Shown: piece by piece, positions 20,040 to 29,854 of the stretch
Position numbering within the stretch: position 1 is the stretch's first letter
Layout: each line of letters begins with the position of its first letter
NCBI GenBank assembly: GCA_965541615.1
Contig: CBEUCJ010000001.1
Span: 131,754-195,753 of the forward strand
Reading direction: 5' to 3'
DNA: 64,000 bases
Origin: an uncultured bacterium
Lineage (GTDB): Bacteria; Omnitrophota; Gorgyraeia; Duberdicusellales; CBEUCJ01
Program-made: the position numbers and the translations under genes
The notes under the pieces: generated by a model
What the model was told of the DNA's origin: nothing
The model's input: only the letters and a program-made list of their open reading frames with translations
Databases searched by the model: none

Positions 20040-21210
20040 AACGATAGCTGAAATAAATGAGAAGATAAAAAAAGGTAAAGTAGTAGTAGTTACAGCAGAA
20101 GAGATGAAAGAGATTGTGAGAAAGAAAGGTGAAAAAAAAGCTGCAGATTATGTGGATGTAGTGACTACTGCTACTTTTGGTCCTATGTGTTCTTCAGGTG
20201 CTTATTTAAATCTCCCAAATACTGCTCCAAAGATTAAATTAGGAGGAGGTAAAGTCTACATTAATGGAGTACCTGCTTATGCAGGATGGGCAGCTTATGA
20301 TATTTACATAGGAGCTACAGCTTTACCAGAAGATGACCCTCGAAATAAAATTTATCCTGGAGAATTTAAGTATGGAGGAGGTCATGTAATAGAGGATTTG
20401 GTAAGGGGAAAAGATTTAAGATTAGAAGCTAAAGCCTATGGAACAGATTGTTATCCTCAAAAAAGGTTAGATATTACTATTAATATTAAAACTATCCCTC
20501 AAGCAATTTTATTTAATCCAAGGAATGCTTATCAAAATTATAATGTGGCTGTAAATTTATCTAACAAGATTATTTATACTTACATGGGAGTTTTAAAACC
20601 AAATCTGGGCAATGCAAATTACTGTAGTGCAGGTCAACTCTCTCCCCTTTTGAACGATCCTTTTTATAAGACTATAGGAATAGGCACAAAAGTATTTTTA
20701 GGAGGAGGAATAGGTTTTGTATGTTGGTCAGGAACACAACACAACCCTAATGTAGAAAGGACCCAGAGAGGAGTGCCTACTCAGCCTGCAGGTACTTTAG
20801 CTTTAATAGGAGATTTAAAGCAGATGTCTCATGAATTTTTAAGGGGAGTGAGTATTTTAGGTTATGGAGTAAGTTTGAGTGTAGGAATAGGTGTGCCTAT
20901 TCCTATATTAAATGAAGAGATGGCTTTTTATACCTCAGTAAGAGATGAGGAAATTTTTGCTCCTGTAATAGATTACAGTAAAGATTATCCTGAATCTACA
21001 GGCAGAATAATAGCAAAGGTAAGCTATGCAGATTTAAGGAAAGGTAAGATTAAAATTTTAAATAAAGAAGTCCCCACAGCAAGTTTGTCCAGTTATGCAA
21101 AAGCTCGCCAGATAGCTCAAATTTTAAAATCTTGGATAAAAGAAAAAAAATTCTTTTTAACCGAACCTGTCTCGCCTTTACCTTTTTCACAAAATTACAA
21201 GGATGATTAA
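20032..21210 (+). CDS. DUF39/COG1900 family protein (homocysteine-biosynthesis sulfur-incorporation enzyme family)
   Basis: 392 aa with conserved DUF39 blocks (VDVVTTATFGPMCSSGAYLN, GGGIGFVCWSGTQHNP). Confidence 0.7.
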   Translation: MAKTIAEINEKIKKGKVVVVTAEEMKEIVRKKGEKKAADYVDVVTTATFGPMCSSGAYLNLPNTAPKIKLGGGKVYINGVPAYAGWAAYDIYIGATALPEDDPRNKIYPGEFKYGGGHVIEDLVRGKDLRLEAKAYGTDCYPQKRLDITINIKTIPQAILFNPRNAYQNYNVAVNLSNKIIYTYMGVLKPNLGNANYCSAGQLSPLLNDPFYKTIGIGTKVFLGGGIGFVCWSGTQHNPNVERTQRGVPTQPAGTLALIGDLKQMSHEFLRGVSILGYGVSLSVGIGVPIPILNEEMAFYTSVRDEEIFAPVIDYSKDYPESTGRIIAKVSYADLRKGKIKILNKEVPTASLSSYAKARQIAQILKSWIKEKKFFLTEPVSPLPFSQNYKDD

Positions 21211-22219
21211 AACCTTAAACGATGTATTAGTTTGGTTAAGAGAAGATAAATATGAGAATTTGATATTTTTATTTAAAGAAGCTGACAGATGTAGAAAGGA
21301 ATTCGTTGGAGATAAAGTCCATTTAAGAGGACTTATAGAATTTTCAAATTATTGTATAAGAAACTGCCTTTACTGTGGTTTAAGAAGAGAGAATACTAAA
21401 TTAAAACGCTATCGTATGGAAATTAAAGAGATTTTCAAACAAGTTAAACTCATCCAAAAATTGGGTTTTAAAACAGTAGTCCTTCAATCTGGAGAGGACC
21501 CTTATTATAGAATAAAAGATCTATGTAGACTTATAGAAAAAATTAAGAAAAAATTAAACTTAGCTGTAGCTTTATGTATAGGAGAAAGAAGTTTTAGAGA
21601 TTATAAAGATTTGAAAGAGGCAGGAGCTGATAGATACCTTCTTAAGTTTGAGACTTCAGATTACAAGCTTTATAAAAAATTAAAGCCAGACAGTTCTTAT
21701 AAGAATAGATTTAGATGTTTAGAATATCTTAGGAGATTAGATTTTCAAACTGGTTCAGGGAACATAGTGGGTTTACCTTTTCAATCTTTGGAGAGTTTAG
21801 CACAAGATATTATGTTATTTAAAGAGTTAGATTTAGACATGATAGGGATAGGACCTTTTATACCCCATCCCAATACACCTTTAAGAGAATTTTCTTCTCC
21901 AAAATTAGAATTAGTTTTAAAAGTTATAGCTTTGACAAGACTTATAACTAAAATTACTCATATTCCAGCTACGACTGCTATGGGTACACTTTATAACAGA
22001 GGAAGAGAAAAAGCTTTAGAATGTGGAGCAAATGTGATAATGCCAAATGTAACTCCTCAAAAATATAAAAAATATTATCAAATATACCCCAATAAAGTCT
22101 GTGTTAAAGAGAATCCGAAAGAATTTAAAATTTATATTGAAAAATTTCTTGCTTCTATAGGAAGAAAGATTGCCACTGATTTTGGGCATAGTTTAAGAAA
22201 GAATCTGGTATTTTTTTAA
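21203..22219 (+). CDS. Radical SAM protein, HydE-like (BioB/HydE family)
   Basis: CxxxCxxC (CIRNCLYC) with extensive block similarity to [FeFe]-hydrogenase maturase HydE as recalled from memory (SGEDPYY, AGADRYLLKFETS, IGPFIPHPNTPL, IPATTAMGT, CGANVIMPN). Confidence 0.75.
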   Translation: MIKTLNDVLVWLREDKYENLIFLFKEADRCRKEFVGDKVHLRGLIEFSNYCIRNCLYCGLRRENTKLKRYRMEIKEIFKQVKLIQKLGFKTVVLQSGEDPYYRIKDLCRLIEKIKKKLNLAVALCIGERSFRDYKDLKEAGADRYLLKFETSDYKLYKKLKPDSSYKNRFRCLEYLRRLDFQTGSGNIVGLPFQSLESLAQDIMLFKELDLDMIGIGPFIPHPNTPLREFSSPKLELVLKVIALTRLITKITHIPATTAMGTLYNRGREKALECGANVIMPNVTPQKYKKYYQIYPNKVCVKENPKEFKIYIEKFLASIGRKIATDFGHSLRKNLVFF

Positions 22220-22229
22220 ACTGATTAAA

Positions 22230-23264
22230 ATGAAAAAAAGAGTAGGAGTAGCAATAAGTGGAGGCATAGATTCAGCTGTGGCAGCTTTTTTGCTTAAAAA
22301 AGCAGGTTTTGAAGTGGTAGGTTTTACAATGTATTTAGGTATAAACAACTTTAAATCCCATAGTATAGAAGATGCAAAGAAAGTATGTGAGAAGTTAGAG
22401 ATACCTCATTATGTTTTAGATTTATCAAATGAATTAGAAGAGATAGTAATAAAAAGGTTTATTAATGAATACTTAGAAGCAAAAACCCCTAACCCTTGTG
22501 TAGAATGTAATAGGTTTATAAAATTTGGAGTTTTTTTAGAAAGAGTGCTTTCAGCAGGATGTGATTTTTTTGCTACAGGTCATTATGCAAAGATAAAAAA
22601 AGTTGGAGATGATTTCTTATTGAAGAAATCTAAAGATAAAACAAGAGACCAAACTTACTTTCTTTATTCTATAGACAAAGAGAAATTTAAGTATATAATC
22701 TTTCCTTTAGGTAATTTTACTAAAGAAAGAGTGAAAAAAATAGCTCAAAAATATAAACTGTGTGAAAATCTAAATTCTGAAAGTCGTGATATTTGTTTTG
22801 TACCTCAAGGTGATTACAGAAAATTTATTTTAGAAAGAGTAAAAGAAATAAAACCTGGTCCTATTTTTGATTTGGAAGGTAATTTTTTAGGGATGCATAA
22901 AGGGATAGTTTTTTATACAGTAGGTCAAAAAGAAGGTTTAGGGCTAATAACAAATAAACCTTTATATGTAATAAATATAGATGCTAAGAAAAATCAAATA
23001 ATAGTGGGAGAAAGAGAGTTTTTAAAAGCAAAAGGTTTGGTAGCTGGTAGAGTAAATATTTTAGTAAAAAGATTACCTCCAGAAGCTGAGGCCAAAATCA
23101 GATACTCTCATAAACCTGCTAAATGTAGAGTTTTTTTAGAAAATGGTAAATTAAAAATAATATTTTATGAAAAACAAGAAGCTATTACTCCTGGGCAGTC
23201 TGTAGTTCTTTATCAAAAAGATGTGGTTATTGGAGGAGGGATTATTGAGGAGGTTTTAAATTGA
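22230..23264 (+). CDS. mnmA: tRNA-specific 2-thiouridylase
   Basis: PP-loop SGGIDS and the conserved catalytic Cys regions. 344 aa. Confidence 0.9.
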   Translation: MKKRVGVAISGGIDSAVAAFLLKKAGFEVVGFTMYLGINNFKSHSIEDAKKVCEKLEIPHYVLDLSNELEEIVIKRFINEYLEAKTPNPCVECNRFIKFGVFLERVLSAGCDFFATGHYAKIKKVGDDFLLKKSKDKTRDQTYFLYSIDKEKFKYIIFPLGNFTKERVKKIAQKYKLCENLNSESRDICFVPQGDYRKFILERVKEIKPGPIFDLEGNFLGMHKGIVFYTVGQKEGLGLITNKPLYVINIDAKKNQIIVGEREFLKAKGLVAGRVNILVKRLPPEAEAKIRYSHKPAKCRVFLENGKLKIIFYEKQEAITPGQSVVLYQKDVVIGGGIIEEVLN

Positions 23265-24163
23265 ATATTCAAAAAGAGATCGAAAAGCTAAAAAAGGAAA
23301 AAAATGCTATAATTTTAGCTCATAATTATCAATTGCCTGAAATTCAAGATATAGCAGATTTTGTAGGCGATTCCTTAAATTTAAGCATTAAAGCTAAAGA
23401 CACAAAAGCTCAAATTATAATTTTTTGTGGAGTCCACTTTATGGCTGAGACTGCCAAAATCTTATCACCACAAAAGAAAGTTTTAATTCCTGTTAAAGAA
23501 GCAGGGTGTAGCTTAGCTGATAACATTACTGTCCAACAGATAAATAAATTAAAGAAAAAGCATCCTAATGCAAAGGTTTTATGTTATGTTAATACCACAG
23601 CTAAGATAAAAGCAAAGAGCAATGTAGTATGTACTTCAGCTAATGCTGTTGAGGTAACAGAAAAAGTTTTAAAAGATGAAGAGGTAATTTTTATTCCTGA
23701 TAAATATTTAGGTTTATATACGATGAGAAAGACAAATAAAAAATTTATATTGCATTCAGGTTACTGTCCTGTCCATGTGAGTATAAGAAAAGAAGATATA
23801 GAAAGACAGAAAAAACTCCATCCAAAAGCTAAAATCTTAGCGCATCCAGAATGTTTACCTGAAGTAATAGATTTAGCAGATAAAGTCTTATCTACAGAAG
23901 GAATGTGCAGGTACGCTAAAAAAACTAAATTTCAAGAGATGATAATAGCTACAGAAATAGGGATCTTACATAGATTGAGAAAAGAAAATCCTAAGAAAAA
24001 GTTTTATCCTGCTTCAAAAACAGCAGTATGTCCTTTCATGAAGGTCATAAGATTAAAGGATGTTTTAGACTCATTAAAATATGAAAGGTATCCTGTTGAG
24101 GTACCTCTCTCTGTAAGGTTAGGTGCTTATAGAGCTATTCAAGAGATGTTAAAAGTAAGCTAA
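23261..24163 (+). CDS. nadA: Quinolinate synthase
   Basis: 300 aa with the NadA triple-repeat architecture and conserved Cys residues. Confidence 0.85.
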   Translation: MNIQKEIEKLKKEKNAIILAHNYQLPEIQDIADFVGDSLNLSIKAKDTKAQIIIFCGVHFMAETAKILSPQKKVLIPVKEAGCSLADNITVQQINKLKKKHPNAKVLCYVNTTAKIKAKSNVVCTSANAVEVTEKVLKDEEVIFIPDKYLGLYTMRKTNKKFILHSGYCPVHVSIRKEDIERQKKLHPKAKILAHPECLPEVIDLADKVLSTEGMCRYAKKTKFQEMIIATEIGILHRLRKENPKKKFYPASKTAVCPFMKVIRLKDVLDSLKYERYPVEVPLSVRLGAYRAIQEMLKVS

Positions 24164-24179
24164 ATCGTTACTCAAACTT

Positions 24180-24899
24180 ATGTTAAGAGTAGAAAATTTA
24201 TATGTAGAGGTTGGAGGCAAAACAGTAGTTAAAGACGTGCAGCTTTTTATTAAAGAGAATGAAGTAGTAGTTCTATTTGGTCCAAATGGAAGTGGGAAGA
24301 CAAGTTTGGTAAAAGCTATAATGGGGTTTGGTGGTTATTCGATAAAGAAAGGTAGAATTCTATTTAAAAATAAAGATGTAACTTTTATTCCAATAGAAGA
24401 AAGAGTCAAATTAGGTATAGGTCTAATGCCTCAACATCCTCCGAAAGTAAGAGGTGTAAAATTAATTCAGTTAGCTGAATTTTTATGTAATGATAGAGAA
24501 AGGATTAAAAATTTAGCAGAAAGCTTTCTTTTACAAGACCTTTTATACAGGGATGTAAATGTAGATTTTTCAGGAGGTGAGATTAAAAGATCAGAATTAT
24601 TCCAACTCTTTCTTCAAAACCCTGACCTTTTACTTTTAGATGAACCTGAATCAGGAGTAGATATTGAGAATATATCTATAATGGGTAAGATGTTGAGAAA
24701 ATATTTAGAAAATAAAGGAAAATCAGCTCTTATAATTACACATACTGGTTACATTTTAGATTACGTACCTGCTCATAAAGGATACGTGATGATAGAAGGT
24801 AGCCTACATTGTGTAGGTTCACCTAAGGAAATATTTAAAAGAATAAAAGAAGTTGGTTATGAAAAATGTAAGGAGTGTAAATGGCAAATGAAAAAATAA
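24180..24899 (+). CDS. sufC: Fe-S cluster assembly ATPase
   Basis: Walker A GPNGSGKTS, ABC signature FSGGE, and the SufC-typical C-terminus. Confidence 0.85.
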   Translation: MLRVENLYVEVGGKTVVKDVQLFIKENEVVVLFGPNGSGKTSLVKAIMGFGGYSIKKGRILFKNKDVTFIPIEERVKLGIGLMPQHPPKVRGVKLIQLAEFLCNDRERIKNLAESFLLQDLLYRDVNVDFSGGEIKRSELFQLFLQNPDLLLLDEPESGVDIENISIMGKMLRKYLENKGKSALIITHTGYILDYVPAHKGYVMIEGSLHCVGSPKEIFKRIKEVGYEKCKECKWQMKK

Positions 24900-25978
24900 A
24901 GGAAATTTTAAAAGAAGATTTTGAAGCGTTAACTTCTTCTGGTATAGAATTTACTAAAGAAAAACATTCAGCAAATTTTTTTCAACAAGATGATGAAGTT
25001 TTATTTTCTAAAAGTTTTTTGGAAGGAGTAGAGATATTAGACATAAAAAAAGCTTTAAAAGATTCAGAGGTAAAAAATTATTTAGGAAAAGGTTTTAAAA
25101 TTTTAAATAAAAACCACCCTACAGATATTTGTGGAGGTTATTTTATAAGAGTGAAAAAATCTAACACTGTAGAGATTCCTATTCAAGCATGTCTTTTTTT
25201 AAAAAAGAGAGGTTTTAAACAAAAAGTTCACAATATAGTAATAGTAGAAGAAGATGCTAAAGTTTATATTATTACAGGATGTGTAGCTTCCCAAAGTTCT
25301 AAAGAAAGTTTTCATTTGGGAATCTCTGAATTTTTTATTAAAAAAGGAGGTTATTTAAACTTTACAATGATCCACTCTTGGCATAAGGATGTGAAGGTAA
25401 GACCAATGAGTGTAGCTGTTGTAGAAGAAGGAGGAAATTTTGTTTCAAATTATATATGTTTGAAACCTGTAAAAGAAGTGGTTATGTATCCTATAGCTGT
25501 GTTAAAAGGTAGAAATTCTAAAGCAAGTTTTAATTCTTTAATAATGTCTCATTCAGATTCTTATCAGGATATAGGAGCAAGAGTTATTCTAAAAGAGGCT
25601 AATACTCAGGCAGAGATTATCTCAAGGAGTGTGAGTTTAGGGGGTAAGATTGTTGTGAGAGGTCATCTAAAAGCAGAAAGTAAAGATGTAAAAGCTCATT
25701 TAGAATGTAGAGGTTTGGTCTTTTCAGATAAAGGGAGTATACATGCTATTCCTGAGTTAGAGACACACTTTAAAGATGTAAATCTTTCTCATGAAGCTGC
25801 TATTGGAAAGATAAGCAGAGATGAGATAGAATATTTAAGGTCTAAAGGATTTAATGAAAAGCAAGCCCAATCTTTAATTATAAGAGGTTTTATGGACGTA
25901 GATATTTTAGGCTTGCCAGAATCTTTAAAAAAAGAGATTAAAAATATAGAAGAAAATATTCTAAAAGAGAGTTTTTGA
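24881..25978 (+). CDS. SufB/SufD family Fe-S cluster assembly protein
   Basis: 365-aa beta-helix family protein immediately after sufC. Confidence 0.75.
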   Translation: MANEKIKEILKEDFEALTSSGIEFTKEKHSANFFQQDDEVLFSKSFLEGVEILDIKKALKDSEVKNYLGKGFKILNKNHPTDICGGYFIRVKKSNTVEIPIQACLFLKKRGFKQKVHNIVIVEEDAKVYIITGCVASQSSKESFHLGISEFFIKKGGYLNFTMIHSWHKDVKVRPMSVAVVEEGGNFVSNYICLKPVKEVVMYPIAVLKGRNSKASFNSLIMSHSDSYQDIGARVILKEANTQAEIISRSVSLGGKIVVRGHLKAESKDVKAHLECRGLVFSDKGSIHAIPELETHFKDVNLSHEAAIGKISRDEIEYLRSKGFNEKQAQSLIIRGFMDVDILGLPESLKKEIKNIEENILKESF

Positions 25979-26841
25979 ATTTAAAGATGTCAAAAATATT
26001 TAAAAAGATTAGTTTTATCTTATCCTTTTTAATATGTATTAACGTATCTTCACAGGTTAAAGATTCAAAGTTAAAAGAGTTACGTATGCAAATAGTTCTT
26101 TACAATTTAGTAAAGAATCTTTATCTCACTAAAGAACAAGCAGAATTTTTATTAGAAAAAGCTAAAGTAGCCAAAAATTTAAAGGAAGATTTTGAAGAAA
26201 AGTTTAAAGAGATATTTTCTCAACAGAAGCAAATTTTGAGTGATTTGAAAGAAATATTGAAAGAGGAAAGCGGAGTAATTCCTCAAAAACTTAAAAAAGA
26301 GTTGCATAAAACCGAGTATGAGCTAAAAAAGCTTCGCAAAGAATATATTCAAAAATTAGATGAAATAGTTAAAGAGGTAAAATCTAAGCTCTCAGATTCT
26401 CAAATTTACATAATTGAAAATTTTAAACCCTGTCTCATTCCTCCAAAAAGTTCTAAATTAATAGGCCAAGCTTTTTCTTCAAAAAGGTTAGAAAAAAAGT
26501 TAGAGTTTTTAAGAAAACTTCCTTGTCAAGAATACATATTTAAAAGAGATAGATTTATAGAGAATTTTTTAAATCATATTTTGTTGAGATTTCCGAAAAT
26601 AGAAGAAAAGAAATTAGAAGAGATTAGGGAGAATTTAGTTGAAATTTTAGATAAAATGAGAGAATTGTCAGATATAGATTTCTCACTTCAAAAAGAGCAA
26701 ATATTAGAGGAAATAAAAAATATTTTTTCTCCTAAATTTTCTTTCAAAGAAAAAAACATAGATGACAAAATACTCCATTTTTTACTTAATCCTCAAATAA
26801 TACCTATTTTGGAGGAGATTTTGGAAACCACAAATTTTTGA
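25975..26841 (+). CDS. Hypothetical secreted coiled-coil protein
   Basis: N-terminal signal peptide and a Lys/Glu-rich body with no enzyme motifs. Confidence 0.4.
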   Translation: MNLKMSKIFKKISFILSFLICINVSSQVKDSKLKELRMQIVLYNLVKNLYLTKEQAEFLLEKAKVAKNLKEDFEEKFKEIFSQQKQILSDLKEILKEESGVIPQKLKKELHKTEYELKKLRKEYIQKLDEIVKEVKSKLSDSQIYIIENFKPCLIPPKSSKLIGQAFSSKRLEKKLEFLRKLPCQEYIFKRDRFIENFLNHILLRFPKIEEKKLEEIRENLVEILDKMRELSDIDFSLQKEQILEEIKNIFSPKFSFKEKNIDDKILHFLLNPQIIPILEEILETTNF

Positions 26842-26984
26842 AAATTTTACTTATAGTAGAGAGCCACATAATTTTATTTTTTCTTCTCAACACATAGATT
26901 CCAAAGTAAGATAAAGATAGTTTATTATTTAGAAAAATTGGATTGAGAGGTTTATGTGCATTCTAAAAGTAGAGATAGGTTAAT

Positions 26985-27443
26985 TTATTCTAATACATCT
27001 CCAAAGGTACTATTACAACCAGCAGTAGAGGTTACAGCTGAGTTTGGATCAGTATATCTTATTATTCCACTTTCGTCCACACAGAAGGAACGTCTACCCG
27101 TTATTCCGTAAGATTGAGGGTAAGCTATAGCTATAAAGGTATTTGTACTACCTGTAAGATTAAAATAGTACCCTCGTTTTAAACAAACTGGATCGCTACA
27201 TCCCAAGATACTATCAATATAAGGAGGGGTCACACTACCTAGTATATTCAAATCACTAGGGAAAGTAGGATGTACTGCTTTATAAGCTTGAGCTGCAGAG
27301 GAGATGAGGCGTAAAGAAGCAATTGCAATAGCTTCATTGGTGTTTAGTCTTGTGCGTAATAAATTGAAAATGACTAAAGCTGCTAATGAGGTAATGATGA
27401 CTACTACAATCATAATTTCTACTAAAGTAAAACCTTTTTTCAT
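26985..27443 (-). CDS. Type IV pilin / pseudopilin (prepilin-type N-terminal cleavage/methylation domain)
   Basis: N-terminus MKKGFTLVEIMIVVVII (G|F cleavage site, Glu at +5). C-terminal Cys pair typical of the pilin D-region. Confidence 0.8.
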   Translation of the reverse strand: MKKGFTLVEIMIVVVIITSLAALVIFNLLRTRLNTNEAIAIASLRLISSAAQAYKAVHPTFPSDLNILGSVTPPYIDSILGCSDPVCLKRGYYFNLTGSTNTFIAIAYPQSYGITGRRSFCVDESGIIRYTDPNSAVTSTAGCNSTFGDVLE

Positions 27444-27716
27444 TTTTGATTATTTTTTTATTTTTTAATTCTCTTAAAATTTATCGCTGAAAATTTAGAA
27501 TGTCAAGCTATAGTTTTTATAGACAGTTTAGTTAATCAATTCTTAAAGAAAACAATAACTGATGATTATCTTTTCTTGATAGTAGATGCAAATATGTAAA
27601 GATATCTCCCCAAAATAAAAGAAAAAAACCTGTAATATAGGTATAAAAGAAGACTTATCTTGCAAAATCCTTTATTATAGTATCTGCTGAAAATGAAATA
27701 AACTATACTAACTTTT

Positions 27717-28263
27717 TCTTTGATTTAAAAGAAAAGGGCTTAGAAGGCAAAAATCTAAAAATGCTTATCTGTGATAGTAAAAAATCAATAGAAAATGCCT
27801 TTTTGTTTGTATATCTCAACAAAGATATTCAAATATGCTCTATTCACTATGTAAGAGAGGTTTTAAGACACATAAAAAATAAAAAATAAAAAATAAAAAA
27901 TTGCCTCCTTTATAAGAAAAAAAAGACATAACAATCTTTATAAATCAAAAACAAAGAATGAGTTTTTAAATAACCTAAACACTCTCAAAAAAGAATATCG
28001 AAATAAAGAACCCTAAATTCTTTAAAATCTTACTTAAAAACATAGATAAAACCTTAACCTTCTATAACTATCCAGAAAAATACCATTCCTTAATAAAGAG
28101 TACCAATTTAATAGAGAGATTCTTGAGGGATATAGAGCAATTAACAAGATACTGGACAGGGTTTAAAGATGAAAAGAGTGCAAATAGAGTTATTTATCTA
28201 TTAGTAGAAAAGAAAGATTTAATAAAAACAATAACTCTAACTATGAAGGGTATAGCTGTATGA
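27717..28263 (+). pseudogene. IS256-family (Mutator-like) transposase remnant, N-terminally truncated and interrupted by stops
   Basis: Translated fragments carry the IS256 signature blocks (...LICDSKKSIENAF...IQICSIHYVREVLRHIK... and ...LTFYNYPEKYHSLIKSTNLIERFLRDIEQLTRYWTGF...) split over more than one frame with in-frame stops. Confidence 0.7.
27874..27901. repeat. (AAAAAAT)x4 microsatellite inside the transposase remnant
   Basis: Four perfect tandem heptamers, which introduce a stop into the transposase frame. Confidence 0.8.
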
Positions 28264-28323
28264 ATTTACACAATTTTGTTGACAGTACCCTTGAAAGCGC
28301 TTTCTTGAAATTAAATTTTTAAT

Positions 28324-28920
28324 ATGCTATACTTTAATTCAATGTTAAATACCCAGATTTTAAGTTCTTTAAATTGTATAGATTTTTTAATAATTTTTTT
28401 ATCTTTGAGGATCCTTTTTATCTCCTTTAAAGAAGGTTTTTTAACTGAATTTTTAAAGACTTTAAGCGTATTTTTAAGTTTTTTGATAGGGGTGCATTTT
28501 TCTCCTATAATAGCAGAGAAGATAAAAAATAAGTTTCCTTTACGTTTAGAAGGTTTGGATAGTTTTATATTTTTAGTTATAACTGTATTGAGTTTTATAA
28601 TTTTTAGTCTTATAAGAAAGGGATCCAGAATTATTTTTAAAAGTGAAAAGGAAAAGTTAGGACTTTTAAATAGATTTTTTTCTTTAATATTAGGTAGTGT
28701 AAGAAGTTTATTTGTGGGTTGTATTGTTATTTGCATTTTTTTATTTTCAGAGATTAATTATTTAAAAAAAATAACTGAAAAAGCGTATTTTTATCCAGTT
28801 TTGATGAAATTTACAAAATCTACATATAAAGTCTTTTACAAAAAATTTATAGTAAAAATTTGGCCTCAATACCCTTTTAATGAGGAGGTAGAAAAATATG
28901 AAGTTGGAAAAGTTTTATAA
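28324..28920 (+). CDS. cvpA: CvpA-family membrane protein
   Basis: 198 aa with 4-5 TM helices and a CvpA-like N-terminus. Confidence 0.55.
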   Translation: MLYFNSMLNTQILSSLNCIDFLIIFLSLRILFISFKEGFLTEFLKTLSVFLSFLIGVHFSPIIAEKIKNKFPLRLEGLDSFIFLVITVLSFIIFSLIRKGSRIIFKSEKEKLGLLNRFFSLILGSVRSLFVGCIVICIFLFSEINYLKKITEKAYFYPVLMKFTKSTYKVFYKKFIVKIWPQYPFNEEVEKYEVGKVL

Positions 28921-29854
28921 AAAAGTAGTTGAGATAGGTATTAAAAACGACCCTCGTCCTAAAGAATTTATTGAGAAGTTATTAGAAGAGAAAAAAAAGG
29001 AATATGAAAAATTGGAAGATAAAAAGAAAGAGTTTTTTGATAAGGATAATTTTTGGAATCCATTTAGTGATACTCGTGTGTTTTTTGAGGATTTAGACAT
29101 AGAGATTAAAACTCTCATGGTAGGTATAGACATAGAAGCTCAAGAAGTTTTAGCTTTTGATAGATTAAGAAAAGAATATTCTTTAGATTTATTGATTGCA
29201 CATCATCCTGAAGGTAAAGCTTTAGCTAACTTTTATGAGGTAATGGATTTGCAGGTAGATATTTTAAAAACAGCAGGCTTTTCTTTAAGTTTAGCTGAAG
29301 ATTTGCTTTCAGAAAGAAAAAAGCAGGTAGAAAGAAAAATACTTCCTTTAAATTTTTTAAGGACTATAGATTTAGCTAAAATTTTTAAAGTTCCTTTAAT
29401 GTGCATTCATACTCCAGCAGATAACTGTGTTTACCAATTTTTAAAGAGATATTTTGAAGAAAAAAAGCCTCAGAGATTAAAAGATATTATAGAATTACTT
29501 TTAGAACTCCCTGAGTACAGAGAAGCAGAAAAAAATAATTTTGGTCCCAGAATACTAAAAGGAAACCCTAACAATAGAGTAGAGAGGATTTTTTTAGAAA
29601 TGACTGGGGGTACAGAACCTCATACTCAAATTTATCAAGAGTTAGTAAAAAAAGGATATGATACTATAGTAAGCATGCATTTATCTGAAGAACATTTTAA
29701 AAAAGCTTCAGATTCTAAATTGAACATTATAATCAGTGGACATATTTCTTCTGATACATTAGGTTTGAATCTGCTTTTTGATGAGATAGAAAAAGAAGAG
29801 CCTTTAGAATTCGTAGAAGTTTCAGGTTTTAGAAGATTTAGACACACAAAATGA
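28898..29854 (+). CDS. Nif3-family dinuclear metal centre protein (YqfO-like)
   Basis: LIAHHPEG and ISGHISSDTLG motifs. Conserved position upstream of dnaG-rpoD. Confidence 0.7.
   Translation: MKLEKFYKKVVEIGIKNDPRPKEFIEKLLEEKKKEYEKLEDKKKEFFDKDNFWNPFSDTRVFFEDLDIEIKTLMVGIDIEAQEVLAFDRLRKEYSLDLLIAHHPEGKALANFYEVMDLQVDILKTAGFSLSLAEDLLSERKKQVERKILPLNFLRTIDLAKIFKVPLMCIHTPADNCVYQFLKRYFEEKKPQRLKDIIELLLELPEYREAEKNNFGPRILKGNPNNRVERIFLEMTGGTEPHTQIYQELVKKGYDTIVSMHLSEEHFKKASDSKLNIIISGHISSDTLGLNLLFDEIEKEEPLEFVEVSGFRRFRHTK

Noticed and set aside
21203-22219. Calling the radical SAM definitively hydE
   Set aside because: The similarity is recalled from memory and there are no hyd partners in the window. I left the gene symbol empty and flagged the alternative of a HydE-like paralogue.
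28311-28736. 141-aa minus-strand ORF antisense to cvpA
   Set aside because: It is a Lys/Ile-rich shadow ORF fully overlapping a conserved membrane protein gene on the other strand.
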